From NCBI RefSeq assembly GCF_000281045.1, contig NW_008246103.1, positions 1 through 57,796 of the forward strand: a stretch of 57,796 bases of DNA. Direction: 5' to 3'. How positions within the stretch are numbered: the first letter of the stretch is position 1; each line of letters opens with the position of its first letter. Positions 20,861-32,969 of the stretch are shown here, piece by piece. The position numbers were made by a program, and so were the translations under genes. The notes under the pieces are model-generated. The model saw only the letters and a program-made list of their open reading frames with translations, was not told the DNA's origin and did not search any database. The DNA comes from Saprolegnia diclina VS20 (taxonomy: Eukaryota).

Positions 20861-23800
20861 ATGTCGTTCGCCGCCACGATGAAGAACATCGCTGCCAACA
20901 CCAACATGCCGGCGGGCATGGCGGAGCTGGCCAAGAAGATCCGCGGGGAAGGCAACGACTCCAAGTTCTTTACGACGAGCAAGAAGGGTACGCATGAGCA
21001 TGGCCGCGAAGGCGAGGTCGAGCCACGTGGACGTAGGCGAGACCCACGAGCTGCGCACGGAGCTCGCGGACCAGAGCCGCGACAAGAAGAAGGACGCGGT
21101 GAAGAAGGTCATCGCCAACATGACCGTCGGGAAGGACGTCTCGATGCTCTTCACGGACGTCGTCAACTGCATCCAGACGGCCGACACGCAGTTGAAGAAG
21201 CTCGTGTACCTCTACCTGATCAACTACGCCAAGAGCAACCCGGACTTGACGATCCTCGCCGTCAACACCTTTGTCAAAGTACGTGCTTGTTGGGATTTAG
21301 TACGAGAAGCTGCAGCAGCGGCGAGCGTAGGATGCCAACGACCCGAACCCGCTCCTGCGCGCGCTCTCGGTCCGGACCATGGGCTGCATCCGCGTCGACC
21401 GCATCACGGAATATTTATGCGAGCCGCTGCGCAAGTGCTTGACGGACGAGGTACGCGCATGGCCGAGGCAGCATTGATCGATGCATGTGGTTCGTAGGAC
21501 CCGTACGTGCGCAAGACTGCCGCGATCTGCGTCGCCAAGCTCTACGACATCAACCCCGAGCTTGTTGACGAACAGGGCTTTTTGGACATGCTGCGCGAGC
21601 TCATCTCCGACTCGAACCCGACGGTGCGCATCGCTTCTTTGCTCCAGAAGCTCATGCAGTGCATGTAGGTCGTCGCAAACGCTGTCGCGGCCTTGTCTGA
21701 AATCTCGGAGAACGGCGGCGCCCACCAGTTCAAGGTTCGCACTGTCCATGTACATGGTGTATCCTCATATAGCGATGTGTAGATCACCAAGTCGGTGCTC
21801 CAGAAGCTCCTCGCGGCGCTCAACGAGTGCAACGAATGGGGCCAGGTGTTCGTCTTGGACGCGTTGGCCAACTACGTGCCGACGGACTCGCGTGAAGCCG
21901 AAGGCATCATCGAGCGCGTCACGCCGCGTCTCCAGCACGCCAACTCGGCCGTCGTGCTCTCGGCCGTCAAGGTCATCATGAAGTACGTATTCTTTCCTCT
22001 GTCCTTGGCGTGTGTCTCACATTGCAAGTAGGTTCTTGGAAAAAGTGTCGAACGCAGACACGGAGCGTGCGCTCTCGCGCAAGATGGCGCCGCCGCTTGT
22101 GACGCTGCTCTCGACCGAGCCCGAGATCCAATACGTCGCGCTGCGCAACATCAACCTCATCGTGCAGAAGCGGCCGACGATCTTGTCGAACGAGATCAAG
22201 GTCTTCTTCTGCAAGTACAACGACCCGATTTACGTCAAGGTATTTGCTTCATATGATGAAGGCTGCAACATTCCTATGTCACTTTGGTCTAGATGGAGAA
22301 GCTCGAGATCATCATCCGCCTCGTCTCGGACCGCAACATCGAGCAGGTCCTTCTCGAGTTCAAGGAGTATGCGACCGAGGTCGACGTGGACTTTGTGCGT
22401 CGGAGCGTGCGCGCGATTGGGCGGTGCGCCATCAAGCTCAACAACGCGGCTGAAAAGTGCATTCAAGTGCTCCTCGAACTCATTCAGACCAAGGTCAACT
22501 ACATTGTGCAAGAAGCGATCGTCGTCATCAAGGACATCTTCCGCAAGTACCCGAACCAGTACGAGAGCATCATTGCGACCTTGTGCGAGAACCTCGACAC
22601 GCTCGACGAGCCCGAGGCCAAGGCGTCGATGATTTGGATCATTGGCGAGTACGCCGAGCGCATCGACAACGCGGACGAGCTCCTGCAGTCGTTCCTGGAC
22701 TCGTTCGAGGACGAGACGGCGCAAGTCCAGCTCCAGCTGCTCACGTCGACGGTCAAGCTCTTCTTGAAGCGCCCGAACGAGACGCAGGCCATGGTCCAGG
22801 CCGTCCTCAAGAAGGCGACGGAAGAGAGCGACAACCCGGATTTGCGCGACCGTGGGTACGTGTACTGGCGCCTCCTCTCGGCCAACCCCGAGGCCGCCAA
22901 GGCTGTCGTGCTCTCGGAGAAGCCCGTGATCAGCGACGACACGTTTACGCTCGAGCCGTCCATCTTGGACGAGCTCATCGGCAAGATCTCGACGCTCGCG
23001 AGTGTGTACCACAAGCTCCCCAACACGTTTGTCGTGCGCACCAACATTGCCGACATCCAAAAGCAAAACGAAGAGGAGCGCGACACGGAAGGCGACGAGC
23101 GCTACGACGACGGCGCTGAAACGTCGGACGGTGGCGCGTCGGCGGGCGGCCCTGTTGACCTCCTCGACATGGGCGGGCTCTCGGTCGGTGGCGGCCATGC
23201 CCCGGCGGCCGCGCCGCCTGCCGCGCCGCTCGACATCTTTGGCAGCCCGACGCCGTCGGCGGCGGCGCCAACAAAGAAGATGCTGCCGTTGACGAACGCG
23301 CAGTCGGGCAAGGGCCTCGTGCTCCGTGGGTGCTACAGCCGTCGGGCCGGCGCGTTCCACCTCGACATGGAAGTCGAGAACCAAAGCGCGGTGGCGATCC
23401 CGAGCCTCGCGATCCAGCTGAACAAGAGCACGTTTGGTGTCGTGCCGACGCAGCCGCAAGTGACGTTCCCGTCGCCGCTCGCGCCCGGCGCGTCGACGAC
23501 GTGCTCGATCCCGATGACGGTGAGCCCCCAGTTTGTGAACGCGACCGTCGCGCCCAACACGGCGGTCCAAGCCGCGCTCAAGAACATGGGCTCCAACGAC
23601 GTCATTTACTTTACGACCGAGCTCGACGTGAGCGCGATTTGCACGGAAGCCGGTCTCGTCGAGAAGGGCGAGTTTATCAACCTCTGGAAGAGCATCCCGG
23701 AGGCCAACGAGACGTACTTTACGCTCCAGCTCGGCCCGGCGTCGGCATCCGTCGACGGTCTCGCGGCGTTGCTCAAGGCGCGCAACATCTTTTACGTCGC

Positions 23801-23978
23801 CAAGCGGGCGGTCGACGGCAAGGAGATTGGGTACTTTTCGTTCAAGACAATGACCAACGTGCTCGCGCTCCTCGAAGTGACGTTCGACGGCTCGACCGTC
23901 GCCAAGATGTGCGTCAAGGGCGAGCAAATGGCGTTCAACGGCGTCTTCCAGAAGATGCTCGAGGCCCTCGTCGCGTAA
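20861..23978 (+). CDS. AP1B1/AP2B1: AP-1/AP-2 complex beta subunit (beta-adaptin), multi-exon
   Basis: [60 protein letters not shown], clathrin-box-like DLLDM hinge, and an appendage domain. Confidence 0.96.
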
Positions 23979-24356
23979 TTCGTTCGAAAATGCACTTAGT
24001 CGCTTGGTTTCAAATTAGGATTATTGTACGCTATGGCTACGGGGCGTGGAGATCAGCAATCTCATGTAGAACTTGCTCCTCCATCAAGGCGCAAGCGCCG
24101 ATATCAGGTAGCTAGAATAGGTGTCATCATCTCTCCACGTCCTCCATTGTCGTCTACGAGGCGCCTGTTGAATTCGGAAATGAGCGAAACGAGCGCCGAC
24201 CCAAATGATTGGTTGGGATTTTAGTCCTGGTTTCGTATCCGGATGGGCATGGGCGCCTCGTTTTAGGGCGTGTGTGCCGAAACGAGATCCCGGCGCCTAG
24301 CTGAAGGCCACCACAAAACACCAGCGGCGGCGAGGGAGCGACAGAGGAAGGCAGCC

Positions 24357-25188
24357 ATGGCCCGTAACGAAGAGAAGGCGAATGCGATGCTCAACCGATG
24401 GACGTCCATGAAGACGGACATGTCCAAGGTCGTTCATGGGTGCGTCGCCGGCAGCGAAGGAGACTGCGACTCATGGGCTGTCGTAGGCGCCGCCCGTTTG
24501 ACACGAAAGAGTGCACATCGCTCGCCGACGCCGAGCGCTACCGCCGCCAAGTGATCCGCATCATCTCGCGCAAGGTGTCGGAGATCCAGAATGGTGGGCA
24601 TCGGATACATCGCTAGGTGACAACGACTCACGCCATGGGCTAGCCTCGCTTGGCGAGCACGTGATCCGCGACCTCAACGACCTCATCAACAAGCGCATCG
24701 GCGAGAAGCACATGTGGGAGAAGCGCATCGTCGAGCTTGGCGGATCACGCTACGCGTCGGGCAAGTTTGAAGACGGGTACGAGGCCGACGGCGTGACGCT
24801 GCAGAGCGGGAAGGGCTACAAGTACTTTGGCGCGGCAAAGAATCTACCGGGCGTTCGCGAGCTCTTTGAGAAGAAAGAACCGCCCAAGCAGAAGCGGAGT
24901 CGGTATGTGGTATTCCCATGCAACGAGACGACTGATTTCCTCCATAGAAAAGACATGTACCTCGGCATCGAGCCCGACTACTATGGCCAGTTGGACGTCG
25001 CCGACGACGCCGACCTCGTCGCCGAAGAAGCAATGATGGAGGCCCGACGCATCCAGGAAGCCATTGCGGAGTGGGAGCGCAGAGAAGCCGAGAAGCTCGA
25101 GGCGCAGCAACAGGTAACACCATTGGTTGCATGGCCCGAACGCACGACTCATGTCTGTCTATGCACGTAGCCGGCGCCGCTTCTATAA
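24357..25188 (+). CDS. ISY1: Pre-mRNA splicing factor ISY1 (multi-exon)
   Basis: MARNEEKANAMLNRW, IRDLNDLINK, WEKRIVELGG, GYKYFGAAKNLPGVRELF and PDYYG. Confidence 0.93.
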
Positions 25189-25478
25189 GGCACACGACCC
25201 AGACAGCCTCGAGTCTGCGAGCAACAACCTCACTACGCCCTTTAATTCTATCTAATCGTGCCAGTTCGACTTCATGCATCTTGCTGACATGGCTCCTTGC
25301 GTCGCGATTGCATACCGCTGCATACAAAGAGCATCCTGCACTGGGAGCTACGCGTCCACGAGTAGCTAGCTCCCACAGTCTGGATCGACGTTGTTGACGC
25401 ACGCGTCCAAACAATCTATATATTGCAATTAAGTTGAGGTCGTTCGTCGATGCAAACGAGGCCATATTAGCCACGTAT

Positions 25479-25755
25479 TTATTGACGGAAGTGCGTGATG
25501 GGTTCCATCTTCTGGTGGGCGGCGTAGGCCTTCGTGGCCTCCTTCCATTCCGCCGACGTCGTCTTGGGCTCGCCAGGGGCAGCGCCGCCGAAGTCCTCAC
25601 CTACAGATCGCATGAGCCATGAGCGTTCGCCATGGCGTGTGGGTACCCGAGTAGCGGAGCGAGCCAAAGACGGCGTACGAGCAGGCGAAGCAGCCGGCAA
25701 TCGAGACGCCAATGGCCTGCGTCTTGGGCAACTTGGTCAAGAGCTCGTACAACAT
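25479..25755 (-). CDS. Small (about 76 aa) single-TM protein, cytochrome c oxidase subunit IV-like (2 exons)
   Basis: TM helix, then PKTTSAEWKEATKAYAAHQKMEPIT, which matches the COX4 C-terminal pattern P-x-T-x3-EW-x-EA...NPI; intron 25601-25646. Confidence 0.65.
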
Positions 25756-26358
25756 CTTACTTCGAAGGTGAAATGGGAATAGCCACCTCGCCGCCAATTG
25801 TTCACCCATCGACTTTGACAGGTTTATCCGTTTCCGCAGGCAATCGACAAACCACTACCAAGGTTGCCCACACGTAATAATTTTCCGCATATTCCAATTG
25901 AAATACCATCCAAGACCAAAGCCAAAGGGACCCGAAAGAGCATTGTCAAATTACGTCAACACAGAGAAATGCACCATCCGGATGCGAGGCAACCGTCGTA
26001 TCCGGATTGCATGGCTTTGCATCGCCGCGTCGACGCCGCATAATATGAGCGGCGCGGCAACATGGTGCATGGGCCTGGCTGGCTGGCTCCATGGCCAGCG
26101 TGGCATCCATGGTCGACCGGACCCATGCCATGGAGGTATCATGGCGGCGTGATGCATGCGTGCAGCATCCCGCCACGGGCAGGTCGATACGTCCCAGGAT
26201 CGACGATGATGTCCAAGGAAGCCTTGCATTGCGATGTATCTTACGACGAGGCGAAGCGCGCCGTGTCTCTAGCGCCATCCGCCATTCACGATCATGGTAA
26301 CATGGCACATGCAGGCGCGTATTGATCTAGTTGTATATACAGAAGTGGTTGCCGTTGC

Positions 26359-29032
26359 CTACAACTTCATCGAGCGGCAAATGGTGAGCATCATTTCAAT
26401 GCCGCGGAGCTCGCGGACGCGCGCCTTGATGGCCTCGTCCTGGCCGCAGAGCGATGCGAGGAGGATCGCAACGTTCTTGCGCGCGACCTTGTCGTCTTTG
26501 GCGCTGCGCATGCACTCGACGAGCGCCTCGAGCCCACCGTTCTGCACGATCGCGTCGACGTCACTGCGCTGGCCGTCGCGCACGAGCGCAATTGCACACT
26601 TGGTCGCGTTCGCCAAGCAGCGCTCAAACGCCGGCGGGAACGGCGGCGTGTGCGAGAGGAGGCCGCTGCGGAAGAGCGCCGTGAGGCAGTGGGCGCGGCG
26701 ACAAAAAGCCCGTGTCGACGGCAGGTCCATGGCCCACGCAAAGTGGCACAGCACTTGCGCCCGCACGTGCCACGTCATGGCATCCGGCATCGCCGAAGCC
26801 GTGGACGTTTCGAGGACGCGCCAGAGCAGTGCAAGGTCGCTCGGCCGCGCCAGTTCCTCGCGCAGCGCCGGCAGTGAGTGGAGGCGGCAGAGGAGGCTCA
26901 CGCAGTGCGACTGGAGCATGCGCTCGCCTAGAAATGAGTTGACATCTGTCAAGCGGACTTGAGTCGCTTACCGTCGCGGTCCAGAAGCATAAAGAGGACG
27001 CGAGGCGCGCCAGCCGTGTGCAGGTCAGTGCGGATGGCCGATGTCGGATTGATGGCGAGGTTGAGCAGCACCGCCGCCGCGCGCTCGGACGCTGACGCGG
27101 CCAGCGTGTCGACCAAGCTCTGTGTCATCTACCGTTGCATGGGCGCATATGACACCGTGCGTCAAGCCTTCTCTGGAAGATACCTCGAGGTGCAAATCTG
27201 GCTCGGTCTCGACGATCGCCCGAAAGATACTTTCGTTCGAGAGGTTGAGCAGCAGGCCAAGCACGTCGCTGAGCGCCTCGGACGCCGGTGCGCCCAGAAA
27301 GGCCAGACTCTGACGAAGGACGGGTTGGACCAGCGACGTCGTCAGCGTCACCCGGCACGCGTGGACGTCCGAGACCGTGATGAGCAGGCGCGCTGCCGTC
27401 GCCGTCACGACGCTACGCGGCGCCAAGAGGCGCAGCAGCTGTGCAAGGAGGCTTGGTGTTTGCACGACCAACGTCTTCCACAACGGCACGGCGAGAAGCG
27501 CCTCCAAGAGCTGCCACAAGGCTGGCGTGTTCGACGACGCCAAGGCAGCTGTGAACCAGGCGCGAAACGCGACGTCATGATACAAGGCGCGCTTGTTGCG
27601 GTCGTCGGTGGCCGTCGCGGCGACGAGGCAGTCGAGGGCCGTCGCGTTGGTTTCCGCTGCCGCCGCCACGGACGCCAGGGCACCCGACGTTCGAAAGAGC
27701 AGACGCACCTGTGCATCGACGTGGAGCACGGGCGAGAGGGCCACCATGGCCGCGTCGTCGAGCTTTGCAAGGAGCTTCTTCGCAGCGTGCAAATGCAGCG
27801 TGTCAAGAGTCGGGACCGCCACCATGGACGCGTCGAGCGCCGACCGCGCGCACACGTCGTCGTACTCGCCGACAATCGCAGAGTGCTGCTCGAGGAGGTC
27901 CTTGTTGTCCGGATAGAGCCGCGTCGCTTCCTTCATGACGGCGGCGGCGCCTTGTAGGTCCTGCAAACGGTGGAGCACGGCGGCTTTGCGCGAGAGCGCC
28001 TTCATGTGCGCGGGAGCTACGTACAGCGCGCGCGTACAAAACTCGAGCGCATCGTCAAGGCACTCGAGCCGCAGATAAGACTGCGCGATGTTGGTCAAGA
28101 CGGCCGCGTCGTGGGGCGCTTCGGCGAGCGCCGCCACGTACTGCTTGATGGCGTCGACGTATTGCTTGCGCTTGTAGTGCGCGTTCCCGCGCGTCTTGAG
28201 CTCTAACACCAGATTCAACAAGACGAGAAAATGAGAGTCGGGCGTGTACTCTCGGCGAGCTTGGCCTTTTCGCGCGTCGACTTTCGACGCTTGGCAATGT
28301 CTTCTTGGAACTGCGTGCAGAACTCTGGGTTCGCGCGCTCGAACGCGTCGTTCTTCATCTTCTCGTCCAGCGCCGCCTGGCGCGCCTTCTCTTCCAATGT
28401 CACGGGGTCCTTGGGCTCCCATGCGTCCCAGACCGAGTAGTCGTTGGCTAGTAGAGCTCTCATGGGCAAGGTATAGACTTTGTTTGGCGTACCGTCGCGC
28501 GCCTTGTACGCTTGGACAACGCGATTCGCCCACGCATCGGCCTTGGCGCTGGACGCTTCCCCGTCGTCGTCCTCGGCGCGCTCGATGGAAAAGCGGAGCT
28601 TGGCGCGCGTCCACCAGTTCTCGTGCTCGTCGGCTTTCTCCTTGCGCTTGCGCTCCTCCTGCATTGCCCACATACAGAGGCTGTCGATGATGGCTCTTCT
28701 TGACGCACCTCGCGCTGCTTGCGCTCGGCTTCGCGCTTTTGGCGAGCGCGCTCTTCCGCAGCCTCTTGCTCAGGCGTGAGGTAGCCTGGCACCTAATGCG
28801 TCATGAGCAACGTGGTGCCATCCACGCGAAATGCGTACGTCGCACTCGTCGGGATCGAACGTGCCATTCTTGATCTGGTCGACGGCGCGGGCCACCTACG
28901 CAGCAGGATTCGCAGGTGGCACGCAGCTTGGCCGTCACGCACCGCGTCGGCCTTGCGCACAAAGTCGTCGAGGTCCTGGTTGGAGACGCCGCTGCGGCGC
29001 TCCATGTCGAGCAGGTCCATCGGGTTCATCAT
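26359..29032 (-). CDS. TPR + ARM-repeat protein, TTC12-like (multi-exon)
   Basis: N-terminal DLDDFVRKADAV, DYSVWDAW, a TPR triplet (LKTRGNAHYK...LTNIAQSYLRL...KALSRKA), and ARM repeats ending RKNVAILLASL...RELRGIE. Confidence 0.75.
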
Positions 29033-29179
29033 GCTGTCGAGCAACTCGGTATCTTGGAAGATCTTCCAAGAACCGTTGCGACGCAAAATAGTGTACGACA
29101 TGAATAGTATCGTGTACAGTATACACGTGTGTTGGCCTTTTGTGTGAAATAGAGTTAATCCGAGGCAGGCAAGCGCAGC

Positions 29180-30582
29180 ATGGCCCACTACCTCAAGCTC
29201 TTCCTCAGCGACGTCAAGAACGCCGACCGGTGCCGATGGGACGATGGAAGCAAGAAGTTTGTGATCGGTCGGCCGCCACAGCGCTTCAATCGCGTCCGCA
29301 TCATGGGCGTCGTCATCGGCGTCGCGCAGCACATGGTCGAGATCGGTACGATGGCCATTGTCACCTCGCTTTGCGCATGCGCCATGCTTGTGCTCGTAGA
29401 CGATGGCTCGGGCACGATCCTCGTTCAGTCGACTGTCGCCATGACGATCCGCCTCGGCGACCTCGTACGTGCCACGCCATGATGTGGCGATGGCACCACG
29501 CAGCCACTTGTAGATCGATTGCCTCGGCGAGCTCCAGCCTTTGCACCCGCGACTCAAGTGTCAATACGTCATTGGCAACCAGTACGACGGCGCATCCTTC
29601 GCGTGCCATCTCATCGTGCGCCATGTAGCATTTACCCAGTGCAGGACCGCAACATGGAGACCTTGCGGTTCCTCGAAATCATTCAGCTGCACGTCCTTGC
29701 GCGAGCACCGCAAACCTCATCGAGCTCGCATTAGGTACAAGCAATGCTATTTTTCGGACTTGCCGGCGCCAACCGACGCGATGGACGGCGTCACGCCACT
29801 CCCGGCCGTCGTCAAGGCGACCATCAAGCGCAAGTTCACCACCGAGGGACTCAGCGATTCATTGACGGCGGCGGCGCCTCCCGCCGAGTACTTTCTAACC
29901 GTGCGCGAGGCCGAGTGCGACCGCTTCGCGAGGGGTTTGCGTCAGCTCGAGCTACGGTGCGCCTTGCATATTGTAGTTTGAGATGCCACCTGCTTGGTAG
30001 AGCCAACAAGCCACCGTACGCGATCATCAAGGCAAGCGACACCGTTGTCTTGAACGGAGCCTTCGTTTCCAAGGTCCGGGCCAAGCGAACGTACCCCAGC
30101 GTTGCCCACGCTCTCGCTGCGGAAGATCCGGCGCTCCTCCTTCCAGAAGGCGTGGCACCTGCGACGGGTACGTCTCGCCGCCGCTGGCGTCTATACTACT
30201 ATGTCCATAGCTGCCAGCCACTTTCGCAGCTACATCAGCGAGTACGAAGAGAAGGCTGGTGGCGTCGTCGTCTTGGAGATGGGCATTGTGCCGGTTGCCG
30301 AGCTCGGCGCCGAGGAAATTGGTGCGTCGATCTTTTGCTCGCACGAGGCTCTCATCGCACGATATATCTAGGTACGCTGATCTACGAGCAGCTCGAAGCC
30401 GCGCCCGCTGGCCTGACGCTCGAAGAGCTCGCGGTCGCGTGTCCGCAGCTCAAGATCCAACTGATCCTCGACGCAGTCACCAACGTATGCATTCTTGTAG
30501 TGGGGTTTGATTGGGCATGTATCACTAGATGCAAATGGACGGCATCGTCTACGTCGCCAACCTACGGTACCTCGTGCTGTAA
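29180..30582 (+). CDS. OB-fold + winged-helix protein, STN1/RPA32-like (multi-exon)
   Basis: HYLKLF, VRIMGVV, DDGSGTI, GDLVDCLG, DRNMETLRFLEI; C-terminal wHTH-like LIYEQL...GLTLEEL...MQMDGIVY. Confidence 0.65.
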
Positions 30583-31707
30583 CCCTCCAAACCGTCGGCG
30601 ACTCACTTCTTCGGCTTCTTTTTGGGCGAGTTGGCCCCCGCGCTCGTCCTTGGACCGCTCGTCCGTCACTTGACCTTCGGACTCGAGCAAAATAAGCAGC
30701 TCGGCGCGGTGGAGGCGCAGCGCGATGTTGGTTTCCGTCGGATCGATCACAAGCACGAGGTCGGACGCTGTGGAAGCATCCCGGACGCGCTGCTTCATGT
30801 CGAGGCCCGGCACTGTGCAAAACGGGTTTCTGCGCCGGAGGGCCACGCCGAGCGCGGCTGCGACCTGGGAGCTCTTGGCGACAAAGTCCGTGTCATGGAC
30901 CATGCGCAGCAAGTAGTTGGTCCCGCGCCACACGAACGGCATCGGACGCACCTATGACGTATATCGGTAGAGCAATAGATCGATGGAGGCATATGGACGC
31001 ACGAGGATGCGGCGCCAAAGCGCAATGGCTTCGACGACGTCGATGGACGCCAGGCGCAGCTGCAGAAGCGCTTGGAGGAGGTCGGTTGGCGGCGTCGGCG
31101 GCACAAAGCCCGTTGCGAGCTCGAGGGTGTAGTCAAGACACGCTTCGCGCACAACGATCGCACGCAAAACGGCAAGCTCCTTGGTGGACTGGGACGCAAA
31201 CTGCTGGTGCGAGATCGGCGCGAGCTTGGTCGTGGCCTTGCGCATGATCCCAACCGGCGCCACTTCAACTTGAAAGAAACGGTCATATCCGAAAACTAGA
31301 ATGGAGTTACCCTTTCAACGCCCAAGGCCGGCACCAACACGGTGCTGCTATCGTTGCTCTGGCACGTTGCGGCGGCGACGTTTGAAGCCCGGCTCGATGT
31401 TCATCTCATCGAGAATGTCTAGCTAAAGCCCGCAGTCGACCACGTCGTTCGCGTGGCAGAACGTCGCGTAGGCTTTCTTGTCGTCTGACGTGCAGTGCTG
31501 CTGGAGCGGCCGCGCAAGCACGATACGATCGTACAAGCGCCAACCTGCGTCGGGTGGAGAAGCCAGGCGGTGCGGGAGAGAGGAGCCTCGGACCTCCTCT
31601 GCCCAGCGCGCGCCCATGACCCATGCTTCGTCGTCGCGGGCAACTGCCACGGGACGTTTCGATTGGCTGTTACCTTTTCTGCCTCGTCTACGCTCTAGCG
31701 GCAGCAT
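30562..31707 (-). CDS. Conserved-looking hypothetical protein (multi-exon; 5' exons uncertain)
   Basis: LRLASIDVVEAIALWRR...PFVWRGTNYLLRMVHDTDF...RRNPF across an intron at about 30952-30997. Confidence 0.55.
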
Positions 31708-31849
31708 AACTTCACCGCTATAGAGGCCTCCTATAGCGGCAGACCTCGATTTTTAGCGATAGCCATAACTATAGCGGTGCGTTGGACCACGTTGTCACCG
31801 CTATAACACCATGCGACATGCAATAACAAGCGTGACAGTTATAGATTAG

Positions 31850-32221
31850 CTATTGCGGCGCCGCGTTGGAGATGCTCTTTCTCGCTGCGAGCGCGAGCTG
31901 CATGTCCTTGACCTTGACGGTTTCGCGGTCGTCGCGGGTGGCATACGCGTTTGCGTCCCGAAAGAGTTCGACAATGTGGGATTCGCAGGCTACCTGGATC
32001 AGGCCCACCGCTGTTCCGTGGAAGCGCACGCCCGGCTTGTAGTCGTTTACGACGTCGCGCATGAGGCGCAAGAACTCCGACCGGGGAATGGACAGACCCG
32101 CGCTCTCGATGAACTCGGCGTACTGGCGCATCGCGGTAGAACGCTTAGTGCGGTCGGCGGCCGGCTCCCGAGGCACCTTCACACTCGTCGACTTGCGTGG
32201 TTCCTGCTTCATCCGGGCCAT
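31850..32221 (-). CDS. Divergent histone H3-like variant (123 aa)
   Basis: MARMKQEPRKSTSVKVPR tail; histone fold IPRSEFLRLMRDV...RFHGTAVGLIQVACESHIVELFRDAN...RETVKVKDMQLA. Confidence 0.85.
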   Translation of the reverse strand: MARMKQEPRKSTSVKVPREPAADRTKRSTAMRQYAEFIESAGLSIPRSEFLRLMRDVVNDYKPGVRFHGTAVGLIQVACESHIVELFRDANAYATRDDRETVKVKDMQLALAARKSISNAAPQ

Positions 32222-32969
32222 TGCTTCTGCTGGCTGCATTCTTCTCCCTCTTTTTTTGCATGCGCTGCGCGAAGTATTTTTACTCGCCCCATGTTGTTCG
32301 CACAAAGCCAGAGTTTTTCGCCATGCCCGAGCCCGAACATCAACATCCCGTCACCGACTATGCCAAGCAAAACCCGACGCCGACGGTTGTATAATAGTAT
32401 ATAATCTAAGCGTCAACATGGCTCGAAATCGTTTCGCAAACAATAAAACAATAATGACCGCAACATCTGCGAAACCCAATTTTGGCCAACCCACAATAAG
32501 TGATATCGCCTGTTGTAACGGGTGATTCATCCTTTCGTGGATACGACCGACGGCAAGATCATCATGGAGCCCCAGGAAGCGCCAAGGCTCGGACCTGAGG
32601 GCCGGACCAGACGACTGGGATCTTGGCGCTGAACAGAGTCCCATCCTACTCGAGCTGCAGCTGCCATCGCCTCGGTCGCATGCGCCACGTCGACGGGCAT
32701 CGCGGCAGCGTTACGCTACGAAGTCGACGACCATGCCGAAGTATCTTTGTTTAAATAGCAGCCAATCACAGCGCAGTGCGACAAGCTGCAGTCTGCAGCG
32801 AGCGCCGTCATCAACCGCACCTTGCATCGCATCAGAGTCGTAACCAAGTCCAGACGATTCCTGTGCGTGCAAGCCATGGGTGCATATCACAAGATGCGCA
32901 GTGACGACGAGGTCGAGCCGCCAGAGCCAACGGTAATGTGACCCCTGCATTGGTGCAACACCCTTACCA

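Noticed and set aside
31850..32305. CenH3 assignment, or the longer 151-aa start
   Set aside because: The tail matches canonical H3 from Met 32221 and loop 1 is not extended
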